Shown: positions 48,362 through 60,400 of the stretch, piece by piece
How positions within the stretch are numbered: position 1 is the first letter of the stretch
Layout of the letters: each line of letters opens with the position of its first letter
Assembly: GCA_002633005.1 (NCBI GenBank)
Contig: NMRA01000810.1
Span: forward strand, 62,001-126,000
Source of the DNA: Phoronis australis
Lineage: Eukaryota; Animalia; Phoronida
Direction of reading: 5' to 3'
DNA length: 64,000 nt
Program-made: the position numbers and the translations under genes
Notes under the pieces: generated by a model
What the model was told of the DNA's origin: nothing
The model's input: the letters and a program-made list of their open reading frames with translations, nothing else
The model's database searches: none

Positions 48362-51300
48362 ATCGGTACATGCTGTCGCTTTACGGAAGCTAGTGGGCCT
48401 TCGGCTAGTTGTATCTAACCTAACATTCAAAATGGCGGATAGAATCGACGGACACTGTCGGACAGGATTACTACTTGACGTAGCCAGTAAATTGCTTTTC
48501 TTTTGATTTACAATTTTTCAACATAAGTGTTCGTAGGTGGATGTGCTGAATAGCTTTATGCTCGTTACCTGTCGTTGCAATCCATTGAATTTTAGCCTAG
48601 TCGATCGCTAGCTGAGCTGAATGAACAGTCAAAGGCTGTCGCACCAATTTATTTTTCGATTATGCAAAAATTCTTCAATATAATCGGGAAAATAATGTAT
48701 TTCGCTGAATAAAAGTTGAAAATTATCAAAATGGCTCCAAAGCGTCATAATGACGTCAAAATGACTAAACGTTCCTATGGCCATTGATACTTTTGAATAC
48801 TTTTTATGCCATGCGTAAGCTGAACTTTGAGACGGGAGAGTTAAAGGTGCTATGTGAATACGCAAATGAAATACGACAACCCCGGGTCTTCCGGTGTGCC
48901 GGAAACCATGCGAGAACCCGTTACCATTTCAATCTCGCGGAAGTCTCCGTTTGCGAGACTATTTTTTAGGAAAATATGGTCATCGTTATCCTAATGAGAC
49001 AAGACACATTTTTTGTTATTTGTTCAGTTCAAAATCAAAAACGATTGCGTAAAATTTAGAATTACTAGGGTTTTCTATATGTTCGCACTTGCTCCAAAGT
49101 GTTTCAGTTGTGGAGTTTTCTTTTGAACTGCGATTCATTCACAAATTTTTCTTTCCTGATTATACTTGTACGCACAGTTCTTCAGGAGGTCACGAGGTGG
49201 CACGGGCTACATATTTTAAATAATCACGGTTTAATGAGACACTAAGCATCTTTAACGGGTCATATTATTTTAAACCTTTGTTCCTGACTGCGCTGGATAT
49301 TTCATTTGGAATGATGTGTTGAGTTTTTCTGCTTGGTCTCGACACGAAAAGTAAACTTGAGTCATGAGCAACAACTTGAACGTCAACATGTAAATTTATC
49401 TTAGCCTTGGGCAAAGAGCTGAATGAAGAGGCTAGTTCGCAAAGCTGATATCTACTTAAATTTGAAATAAAACAACAGACATCCAATCAAAATGTGTCAA
49501 TGGTCATATAGTTGTTAACTGGCAGAAGATTGGAAAGTCTGTTACGCCTCGTTAATTTACTGTACAGACAAATGTTTTCAGTGGCTGGCGACGAAAAACT
49601 TCATACGCTGTGACTGAAAAATAGAAAGGAAATTCGTAGCGAGATTTATCGACTATCTGTCCGCCATTTATCACTCCGCTCAAGATGTTAACTAATGGTT
49701 GCGAACAAAAATAATGTTTGAATTTTTAGGATAATCTGCGACAAAAAGTCGATGCATTGGTGTGAGACATTCTACAGGCCCACTGTCACAAGGAGTGGTG
49801 TATTTTCACCGCCCTCGCTCGGCCAGCATACCTCGCTGCGTGAGGAATTTTGGAACTATGTGTAACGTTTTTGTTAACTGCAATATTGTAATGCCATTTT
49901 TCGTAGTGGCCACGTGACCACTTGTTGTTTCACCTTTAACCCTTAGGCGGCTCTCCTGCTGGTCGACGTGTATTCAATCCATGCTGGCATTTGCGCATTC
50001 AAAACTATGACTTTTCGTTTTCAGAACCCCATTTCCGAATATATGTCCGGGTGTTAATTTGGAGTTACTGAAACGCCTGAAATTTTTCAATTTTCGAATA
50101 CACGCCCACGGGCTTATCTACGGAAAATCCCGACACGGCGTCGGCGGCAGCACGCGCACCACTACAGCAGATATCACCCCTGGTTTTTCTCAGTCAATTC
50201 GAAGCCACGAAGTCACGACCTAATCTCAAATATTCCATGTCAAAGCAAACCAGCGATAGCACTGCTAATAGAACTTCATAAAAAAGTTCAAAATAATTAC
50301 GCATTCTGTGGCTAAGTCTCTTGTAGCCCACTGACACCATTAGGTTGTATAAACACTGACTTGAAGTTATACAATGTATAATATAAGGTGTGAACAAAAG
50401 GCAAGACGATCAAATATAACGTTTATCATGTTTTTTCTTCTGATATGGACAGCCACAGGTTTTAATTCTCACTGACCGGTGCTTTCAGCTTTTGGTGCGA
50501 TGATAAAGTTAAAGATTCTATGTCTCATTTAAACCGTGAATATCCAAATTTCTATCAAGCGCCACCTAGTGACTTGCTGAAGACCTGCGGTACACTGAGT
50601 ATGATCAGGAAAAATTGTAAATAAATTGCGGTTTAAAAAAACACCACAATTGTTACATTTAAAAACAACTGTTATCATAAAAAACCTAATAATTCCAAAT
50701 AATACACAATCTTTATTTGATAATGAAATACTCAAATAATATTATCTGTGTCTTGTTTCATTAGGGTAACCATGAGATATTACCATACTGATTTACATAA
50801 AGATAGTCTCGCAAACGGAAACTTTCGCGAGATTGTAATGGTAACTGATTCAAAAACGGTTTCCGGCACACTGGAGACCCGGGCTTGTTTGTAAACTAGC
50901 ACTTCATTTACATACTCATAATTTAGTGAGGCATACATGTAGCATCTTTAATCGCCGATTTTCACAAGTCTGAATTAAACAAGAAGTATGTTTTATGCTC
51001 CAGCCAGCGCTGGAAAGCCTTGACTCTTCTGTTACTTCTAGCAATGATCGTCGATTTAATTGCCTGATGTCACTGGCTATCAATTCACTGAAGTTGTAAC
51101 TTGGATGACTTTGTAAGTGCGACTCAACTGTAACTTTAACTCAAGTCAATTTCAAGTGACTGTCACTAACCCTTCCTTATAGTCTCTCACGCTGTTATGG
51201 ATTTTTTTCACCAATTCATGCTCATTCTAGAATTGTTCAGAAGGTTCCCAATCGTTTATTGGCTTCAGACTGTTCCAGGTTGCGGTTCTATATTAAACCC

Positions 51301-52174
51301 TGATATGTTGAAATCTGCTGACTGAGTATTTTGTTGTGAACAAATTACATCATCTCCGGCCTGACATCATAGGTAATGTCAATCATTTGATTGCTTTTAG
51401 CAAACAAATACAGCAACGAAAGTAAAACTTATAAATGGGANGGTTGACGACAACATTGGGGCAGATTTAACTCCCGCTGTGCCCCTTAGTGGCAATTTTA
51501 TTTTTTCTATTTTCCTCCATATCTTTGGAGTTCCTTGACGGTTTTATGAAATTTGACAAATAGGTTTCTATTAATGAGGCGATGACGCATTTTTGTTTTC
51601 AGATGGATTTGACGTTGGCAGTTTTTCATTATGTTTTAGTCTGTTTTTGGCATCTATCTCTCTATCGGCCAAACCGCTCTAAGAATTGTTTTGAAAATTG
51701 GTAATTGTGTCCCTACTAGTCGGATCATTGTTGGCGATTTGTGGACAGTTTGATTACTAGAGTGCCCCGTAGTATCATTTTGCTTTTTTCGCATCTGCAT
51801 CTGTTTCTCCTTGCTAATCTAATTGTACATAGCTCTGTATTTTATTCAGTGTAATTATTTCCTACTCACTGAAGTAGTGCCTCAGTCTTTTGAAGATGTT
51901 TAAATAAATAAATGAATAAATAAATAGATCATTTGAAATTTGGCAAGTGTGTTTCTTTGAGTTTGACAATAGTTGACGACGTTTGTATGTATCTCATTTG
52001 TTCACGGACTTTGCAGGTGTGTTCCTATTGAAAGGAGCATTGCAGACTTGCTATGCATCCCCTAGAGGCTGGTTTAAGTTTAAAATAGCAATCATTCTTT
52101 GCATCTGGGCTATATGAGATGCACATGGTGGTACATATCAACATTCTATGTTGCTCTTGTTACTTTCGCAGGAA

Positions 52175-52937
52175 NNNNNNNNNNNNNNNNNNNNNNNNNN
52201 NNNNNNNNNNNNNNNNNNNNNNNNNNNNNNNNNNNNNNNNNNNNNNNNNNNNNNNNNNNNNNNNNNNNNNNNNNNNNNNNNNNNNNNNNNNNNNNNNNNN
52301 NNNNNNNNNNNNNNNNNNNNNNNNNNNNNNNNNNNNNNNNNNNNNNNNNNNNNNNNNNNNNNNNNNNNNNNNNNNNNNNNNNNNNNNNNNNNNNNNNNNN
52401 NNNNNNNNNNNNNNNNNNNNNNNNNNNNNNNNNNNNNNNNNNNNNNNNNNNNNNNNNNNNNNNNNNNNNNNNNNNNNNNNNNNNNNNNNNNNNNNNNNNN
52501 NNNNNNNNNNNNNNNNNNNNNNNNNNNNNNNNNNNNNNNNNNNNNNNNNNNNNNNNNNNNNNNNNNNNNNNNNNNNNNNNNNNNNNNNNNNNNNNNNNNN
52601 NNNNNNNNNNNNNNNNNNNNNNNNNNNNNNNNNNNNNNNNNNNNNNNNNNNNNNNNNNNNNNNNNNNNNNNNNNNNNNNNNNNNNNNNNNNNNNNNNNNN
52701 NNNNNNNNNNNNNNNNNNNNNNNNNNNNNNNNNNNNNNNNNNNNNNNNNNNNNNNNNNNNNNNNNNNNNNNNNNNNNNNNNNNNNNNNNNNNNNNNNNNN
52801 NNNNNNNNNNNNNNNNNNNNNNNNNNNNNNNNNNNNNNNNNNNNNNNNNNNNNNNNNNNNNNNNNNNNNNNNNNNNNNNNNNNNNNNNNNNNNNNNNNNN
52901 NNNNNNNNNNNNNNNNNNNNNNNNNNNNNNNNNNNNN
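52175..52937. other. Assembly gap
   Basis: Run of N. Confidence 1.
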
Positions 52938-54807
52938 TCGTTACGGCATGTGCAACCGAAAGGAAAACAGTGTACACGGGACAACATAAAGACTACTGTA
53001 GTAAAATACAAAACGAGATTCTACGACAAGATGTCTGCACTCGAGATCACGTGCCGAATATCCAGTGAGCATGGCAATATCCACCAGTATCCCAGCGGAG
53101 TGAGACGCACAGTACCACAACAGGTATATATGGCTAATGTTACAGAGTCAATATCTCATGATTACACACCGAAATTCAAATCTCGTATACACCTACACTC
53201 ATTGTCTACAGTCTCTTCAGTGTATGGGGTCAATCATAGATTCAATAGTCCTTATCTGCGGAACAGTGGAGATAGGTCAACGGAGTTCATGTTTTGAGCG
53301 CAGTGGTCAGTGAGCACTGTCCCGTTTGCAGAGCAAGAACGTTCTATGACGTATAAACCAGTCCAAATTAAAGCTAATAAAATCTGTCCTTCCACTGCGC
53401 TCCCCTATAGTGCATGATGAGGTTGGAGTGATCGTAGAATCACGAACCGTCGCACATCTGGTGCACTAATCGGTAGCATTTCTCTAGTCTCATTCAACGT
53501 CCTTCGGTGAACACAGTGACATTCTCTGTCAAGTTGCTGATACTACAGCCCACAGAGACACGCTTTTTCATGCGCGGTGCTCTGCATAACTCTCCTCATA
53601 ACTCCTGAATATCGCACTGCATCAGCAGGGCTCGACATAACGAGCTGCAGGTCGCATTTGCGACCTGAAATTTGGAAATGCGAGCTGAGATTTTTGTCAG
53701 CTCGTATAAAGTCGCAAAATGCGACCTGGAATTTCCAACGAATGCGAGCTGAGTTTTTACACTTCTCAACAGATACCCGGCGAATACGAATCAGCTCTTG
53801 TTAATCCGACCGTTATTTGGTTGTTGCCAAATACAAGTTCAAAGGAACACTAACCGAGAACAGCCCTCCCGATGACTTGTAAGCAAGTCGCGTGAACATG
53901 GGATATGCAGAATCGATCTTTGACGCGTTTCATTGGCTAACACTTTCGGCCACTTTTGTAAATTCCCGGATTCGCCGAAGAAAGTTTCGGGCCAATGCTT
54001 AACACGTGATAAAACTTCACAAAACAACGGTGTTTCTATTAATTCTTAAGCGATCAACTTACCAAACATTGTGGTGGACAAAAATGTTTATTTTTCACAT
54101 AAGATGTCCTTATTACATGTAACAAATATCCACGACAACATCCCTGATATCGCACTGCGGCACCGTTAGCGCGCAAGCGGTCTCGGCAGACAATCGTGAC
54201 TTAGACTGAGATGTGCTTCTCCTTTTTATCGTATTAAGACAGCCAAAGTGAAAATTACAACCTTATTAATCGCCAAACGACGGTCACGTCTTTACATTCA
54301 GTTGCCAAGAAATTCTCAAACCCTTTACTTGTTTCTGGGGCTACGCGCGCGAAATATGATTTGTCTTTCACACGTTGTTGCCACAACGTAAAGTGTAGGC
54401 CTACTCCAGCGATTCAAGTGCGTGAACTCACGCGTGCGCACCACTTCAAAGAACAGCGACAGTCCTAAATGAAAGAGTATACCGACTTGGGTCTGGTTTA
54501 TTTGAAAATGAACTCAGATTCCCAGCGGTTATAAAAGACCCGATGTCCCGGGACCGATATAACCCAGAGGTTCAACTTAGTGAACTGCTCCCGGCAACTT
54601 TTCGCTCCCCGAACCACCGTCGCCGTAAAATGTTTAGACTCCTAGTATAGAAACAACCTTATTCCGGCTGAAGCGGGCAGTTAAAAACAAAATCATTCCG
54701 GGTCGCTAACGATATCCAGAAAGCCCTACTAGTAGTGGAGTTTGCCTCGCAAAATCGTATAATTATAATGTTTCTTACCATTGCTTTTCACACACTCGAA
54801 TTAAATG

Positions 54808-54936
54808 CAGGGGCCGATCCAGGATTTTGAGTTAGGTGGGCTAGGGCAGAGTATAAGCAAGGCCGGGTTGGCAAATGGAATCTGGGAGAATTTTAGGGGG
54901 GCATAGCCCCCTTGGCCCCCTCTAAATCCGCCACTG
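54808..54936 (-). mobile_element. hAT-like MITE, same family, internally deleted
   Basis: CAGGGGCCGATCCAGG...CTAAATCCGCCACTG. Confidence 0.65.
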
Positions 54937-56972
54937 CACAGTCATCGGAATGGCAACGACAAAAATTGGCCACCATGAGCGATCTCATTGGGCCAACATG
55001 CTGCCTGCAGCCGTTTATTTGTTGACAGCATACCAAATTTTGTCTATATGAATGTATTCATTCACGCGCTGTGGTGGTGGATAATTGACGTCACTGAGAC
55101 TGGCGATTAGCAAAAGGAAGATTCATATCAGGTATCTCAAAACCGGCGAGACTCTCGGGAAGGTTTTTGATCGTGTGACCGTCACGTGGACAAAAAAAAA
55201 GATAAACGGGAAGCGAGTTCGGTCAAATTTCACACTTAAAATGCGTCCAGCCGGAATCAGAAATTTTAGTGGACTTTGAGAAATAAACGTTTCTCAGCCT
55301 AGTCCGGACCCCGATCGAGGTGTCACAACTATAGCCGGTATACTGTCACGAAATACTAAAACCCGGATCTGTCTTGTCACTATAAACTTCGCCAATCGAT
55401 CGAGGTGACAACCCCACCACTTCATGTTCTATACTGCACCCCACGGTCGAGGTTCATGCAGCACCGGCCGTGTGATTGCCGTTTGAGATGTATCTCGCCG
55501 AGCGACGTGGTGTGCCATTGTATGCTGTGGCGATTTCTAGTTTTCCTTGTCGAATTGAAATTCGACCATAGATTTTGGTGAAAGGACGGGTCTCCATTGC
55601 TGAGCGGCCACCTAAATCCACGCCTAGAGGATGTGCGCGTGGGAGTGTGTATCCCTTATACCCAAGAGCCAGATGGCGCGGTGATCTCAAGCAGTGATAA
55701 TGAACTTGCGGAGCCATGAATTCACTTTACACATTTGACTACCACACCAACTTCATAACGAGTGGTCTAAATCAAAATTCTGTTGTATTGTAATAGTAAA
55801 CCGCGGTTTCACATGGCTGAGTTGTCATGTGGCCAGCGAGTGTAGTCGGAACAGGTACTCACTCAACTTAAATCCGGCATAAATTATCTAACGCGAAGCT
55901 AAGGGACATTTCCTTGTTGTTAATCATAGCCATACAAAACGTGTCGCAATTGTTTACACCACTCGGTCGATCAAGCAGCCGAAACTATTCTTAATGTATT
56001 CTCTGGCGGCTATTCTTGAGATCGCAAGCAATGCATAGGTCACGTGAGGGAGATGGCATTCCTGGGCTGGAGTTCAATGGCTACACCTAAAACTCGTTTA
56101 CAAAATGCACGGCATTGTAGACGTTTTTAAGCCAACCATACGTAATTTCTTGTACTCCCCCTATTTTGTCCACATCATAGTGCACCGAATCACTTTATCA
56201 TCCACGGGTTAATATCAATAGTTAATGAGATTAAAAAGGCCAGTTTTCAGTCATTTCTGTAAGACAGATTTTTACGTCTTAGCCGTTTAATCGGCGATAT
56301 TTACGTACATGTACATGTACGTCCCAATGAAATGAATGTTTAGGTTTTTGATGATTGGTTTTAGAATCATCGTTTTGTAACAAATTTTAAGAAAATTGGA
56401 TGTTGACGTTCGATATCCAGTTTTTCAATATTTTAATAAAAACCTTTAAGGTTTTAATCTATTATCTTTTTCAAGAGAAAAAGTGCGCTAAACTCTCAAT
56501 TTATGTCTGCCGCCCAGCTGTCTATAGGAAGAGTTCCCTTCTCCAGATAATCTAGAACCGGAAATTTGAAGCACGTGCTCCCAATCTGAAATTGAACTTC
56601 AAAAGTTTGGTTCCATGAAAGCCGAACGCTCCTCAACCACCAAGCGTCCGATATGTTTGACCTAACTTTAATGTTTAAAGATCAGTTATTCACAAATAGT
56701 TTAGTCTGGAAAGAAAATGGTAGCTCAAATAAAAAACAGCGAATTTGGCACATGCCACTCGTTGGTGAATGAAAAGACGCTTATAAAAATTATTTCTAAA
56801 AAGTTTTAATAGTAATGCAATAGACTCCATTTTAATGACAATAAACAGTTTGATATTTGAAATTTGTCTTGACCTGTTACCTTGTAAAAGAACTTCATTT
56901 TGCTTACTTGCGATGCTGGCTTCCCGTAGTATCAGAAATACAGAAATATTAAAACACAAGTTGTCCAACTTA

Positions 56973-57494
56973 TACCCCCGTCACACCAGAGGCGCGGTGC
57001 CACTAAGGCTTTGGCCAAGGGATCGCAGTAAGGTACCCAGTGTACGTTTTCGGTGATTGCACGGCGATTGTACTGCTGACGCACGGCGGTGATGGAGGTG
57101 CTTCTGTGGTCCTTGGACGGTACCACTGCGGTCTTGACGGTACATGGTCGGCGCACCGTAGGGGGCTGGGGGGGGGGTTTATAGCCCCACTTTTTTCAGC
57201 GCTAAGTCGCACATGGTCTATAAGCGGTGCACCACAGGGAGCTGAGGGGTTTTAGCCCCCCACTTTTTTCAGTGCTGCGCCGCCCATGCGGTACCACTGC
57301 GATCCCAGTGCGGATTGGCCCAACCCGTGGTGGCACTGCAGAAGTTTTGTACATGTTAAAATTTTGCGACATGCAAACGCGAAGGTCCGCGCTTTGACTG
57401 TTTTCCTCGGTGCTACGGCGATCATGGCGGTGCGAAGGTGGCTTATTCCGTACAAGCACCGCAGTTGCACAGCACCTCCGGTGTGACGGGGGTA
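56973..57494. mobile_element. TIR element (PIF/Harbinger-like, tentative) carrying a nested MITE at 57143-57288
   Basis: TACCCCCGTCACACCAGAGGCGC pairs with GCACCTCCGGTGTGACGGGGGTA. Confidence 0.7.
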
Positions 57495-60400
57495 TTTCTA
57501 CAATAAACAAAAACATGAATGAAAATGATGACATATTCATTTCCCACACTTTTTGTTAATTAATTTCCAGATAAAATCGATGATGCTTAACAAACCAGCA
57601 TTAAGCGTAACACGAGTTCATTGCTTTCAAAATGGAGGTGACTTGTCTAAGATTCTAGCAAATAATCTGGTTTTGCGATGTATACAAAGGGACAGTGCTA
57701 CGTGTGGATAGCAAATAATTTTGTTTTGTGATATTTTGTTTTGTGATATTTACAAAGGGACAGTGCTGAGAGTGAATATTCATTGTTCAGTACGTGTATG
57801 CTGGTGTCCATGGAGATAAAAACAACAGCACATTTTAGTTTTTTCTAATATCTTATTCATAAAAATCATAAGTTTCCGGGGAATGGTACTCTGCTTTTAA
57901 CTACAGAGTGTTCAATCGAAACAGGACCCCCGGTGTAAACCAGACATCCCGCACCTTCAAAGCAGCTAACCAGACCGAAAAATACGACCCCCTATCCTTA
58001 ATGAGGAATCCCGGGGATCGGACAGGAAACACGTCATTCAGTTTTTAAATTTTCGAAGATTCTACAAGTATTATCCAGTTTTCGGCATTTGTTTGTTGAA
58101 AATTGTCAATAATAAAACGTAATTTATGTTATACTGAGTTCGATATTTGATTTTTATCGATAAAACTCGGTCAACCTGTCTGTGGGCGACTTTCAACATA
58201 ATCTTTACTCTCAACACGTTGTTATCGCGGTGAATATTTCAGCTTTTTCGATAGTTTCTCCAAAATATTTTCAATTATGAAAAGCAAAAATATTATTTGT
58301 GCTTTTGAGTGCCACAGTTGATTAATGCCATTATATATCTTTACAAAACGGACGGCGTTTTAGTGTATGTTGATATACTTCTCGAGATAACATTAAATCA
58401 TTTTCCGGAATTTGAAATGGATTGCGAGAATTATTCACTCAAAATACATGCACCGTCACCGTTCTTCAACTCGTCATCCTAAATTAAAACGGAAATTGTA
58501 ATTTCTGAATTCAACGCAGCATCCACGCTCTGCTTTATTGGTGGATCACTGCAGCGAATTTGTTTTGAAATTCAGTTTGATGGTATTGAAATACTAAAAA
58601 CTTGTAACCAAATGAAAGCACTTCGAATAATTTGTTGTATGACATGTACGTAACCCCGGCGTGGAAGAAGAAAAGTTGATTAAAATTGGGAAAAGAGACA
58701 CTGGCCAAAAAGGTGACGTAATAGTTCATGGTGCCGAAAGGCGACGCAAAAATCGCATCACAACTTTAGCAGTAGAATAACAACTGTAAAATGCCAACCA
58801 GTCATGAGTTGCCATAGTAAAACAACATACCGCAACAACTGTTGAAAGTAGGAAGATTTATCATCATGTGAAATTGAAACGTATCATATGAACAGAAAGT
58901 GGGAGTTGTGTTTCGTATCCTGTTCGACACCGGAATTCCTGTTTTAAAAGCTGTGTTTCGTGTTTTTCGGGTGGGTAAGCTGTTTTGAAGGTGTGGGATT
59001 CTGCTTTCGCCTCTGGGACATCTGTTTTATAACAGGTTTCCTGTTTCGGTGAAACACTCTGAAATAGCGCTCACATCTAAATAATCTTACTCTTGAATAA
59101 AATTGGAATTTTGAGATAAAAATTTTATCAGACAAATCTATGTTGTTAAATACCCCACACAAATTTCAAATATTAAACCTTGTGTTACAACATACTATTA
59201 CGTACTAAAAGAGGCTTTATCGTTTTGCGGCCATAACTTAAGTTGGAGATTGCAGTTGAACGGTATAGACGACAGTTTTGACAAGAACCAGGAAACAACA
59301 AAATTCATTGCGTTTTGTAATGTTATTACAAGGCCACCTTCTTCACCATTTTAAATGGTTGTTCAATTTATGCGCACTAAATCACACGTCTTAAAATATA
59401 CAACGCCTAGGATTTGGCTGAGCGATAGACTCAGTAGTGTCCGGCTACATGTACGTTTGCGAAGGTAGGCCTTACGTGTATCGTGTCCGATTCCGCACTC
59501 ATCCGAGTTAATTTCTTTAAAAATATTTTTCTCACAGAGAATGTCCCTACCTGTTGTGTTACTGTGGACGTAATCATTGGTTGACCATGTATAGTATTGT
59601 TTGGATAGTAGTGTGCAATTGTAATTACTCCCGTACGTTGTACTCCGATTACTTCTTTGGTCACGTGACATTGACTTTTACATGTATATGCGTTTTCCCG
59701 CAGTCTAGGCATTTGTTATCGATGAGCAGCTCACAATACAGGTGTGTTGGTCATAAGCTGATTTTGTATGTAACGACGTTTTTACGATTGCAATTTTTCT
59801 GTGCTCAACTTCGGAAGTGCCGCACGAAAGCAATAAACATGAACCGCTGTACTCGTTATAATTTACACGCCTGCACTGAACCACAACACTACCAACTTTT
59901 TTAAAATAAGACTGCGGTTTCAACTGGACAACGAACTGACATCTTTGCATGTTACGTTTACAACGATAGATTCCTGGCCCCAGGGTCCAATATCCTTCGA
60001 ATATAAATGTCTAGGTTTTACTCTATACATGTCAGGCATTCGTAAGTTTTCGAGTCGAGCTCCAAGTACACTAGCCTCGTTTACCGAAGGACTGACATAT
60101 TTTTCCCCGACCATCTAATGTTTAAATTTTTGCAAGTGAATTGAATTCTTCAAAACAGTTAAATTTGCACGCGTATCAAATGCTCTGTTGAAGTTCAAGG
60201 ACTTTATTCATTTGCCAAATTTAACTTTGATCTGGGAGCAAACACATACATGTATCGATTTATTGATTAATTCAAGCATCAAAGACGTTGTTTCCTTTAT
60301 CAAGGTGTGGCGACCTGTACTACGTGTTTGGACTGGTAATGAGGAGTACGGCGTAGTCATGAGCAATTTGGTGTCGGAATACAACACCAATCGAACAAAA

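Larger units (their letters stand above)
43610..51440. repeat. Long direct duplicate of about 75-10330 (exon D2 plus the large intron), with different transposon insertions
   Basis: Colinear matches throughout (for example 481-595 = 44025-44139, and 7610-10320 with 48797-51430). It ends at the single N at 51441. Confidence 0.9.
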
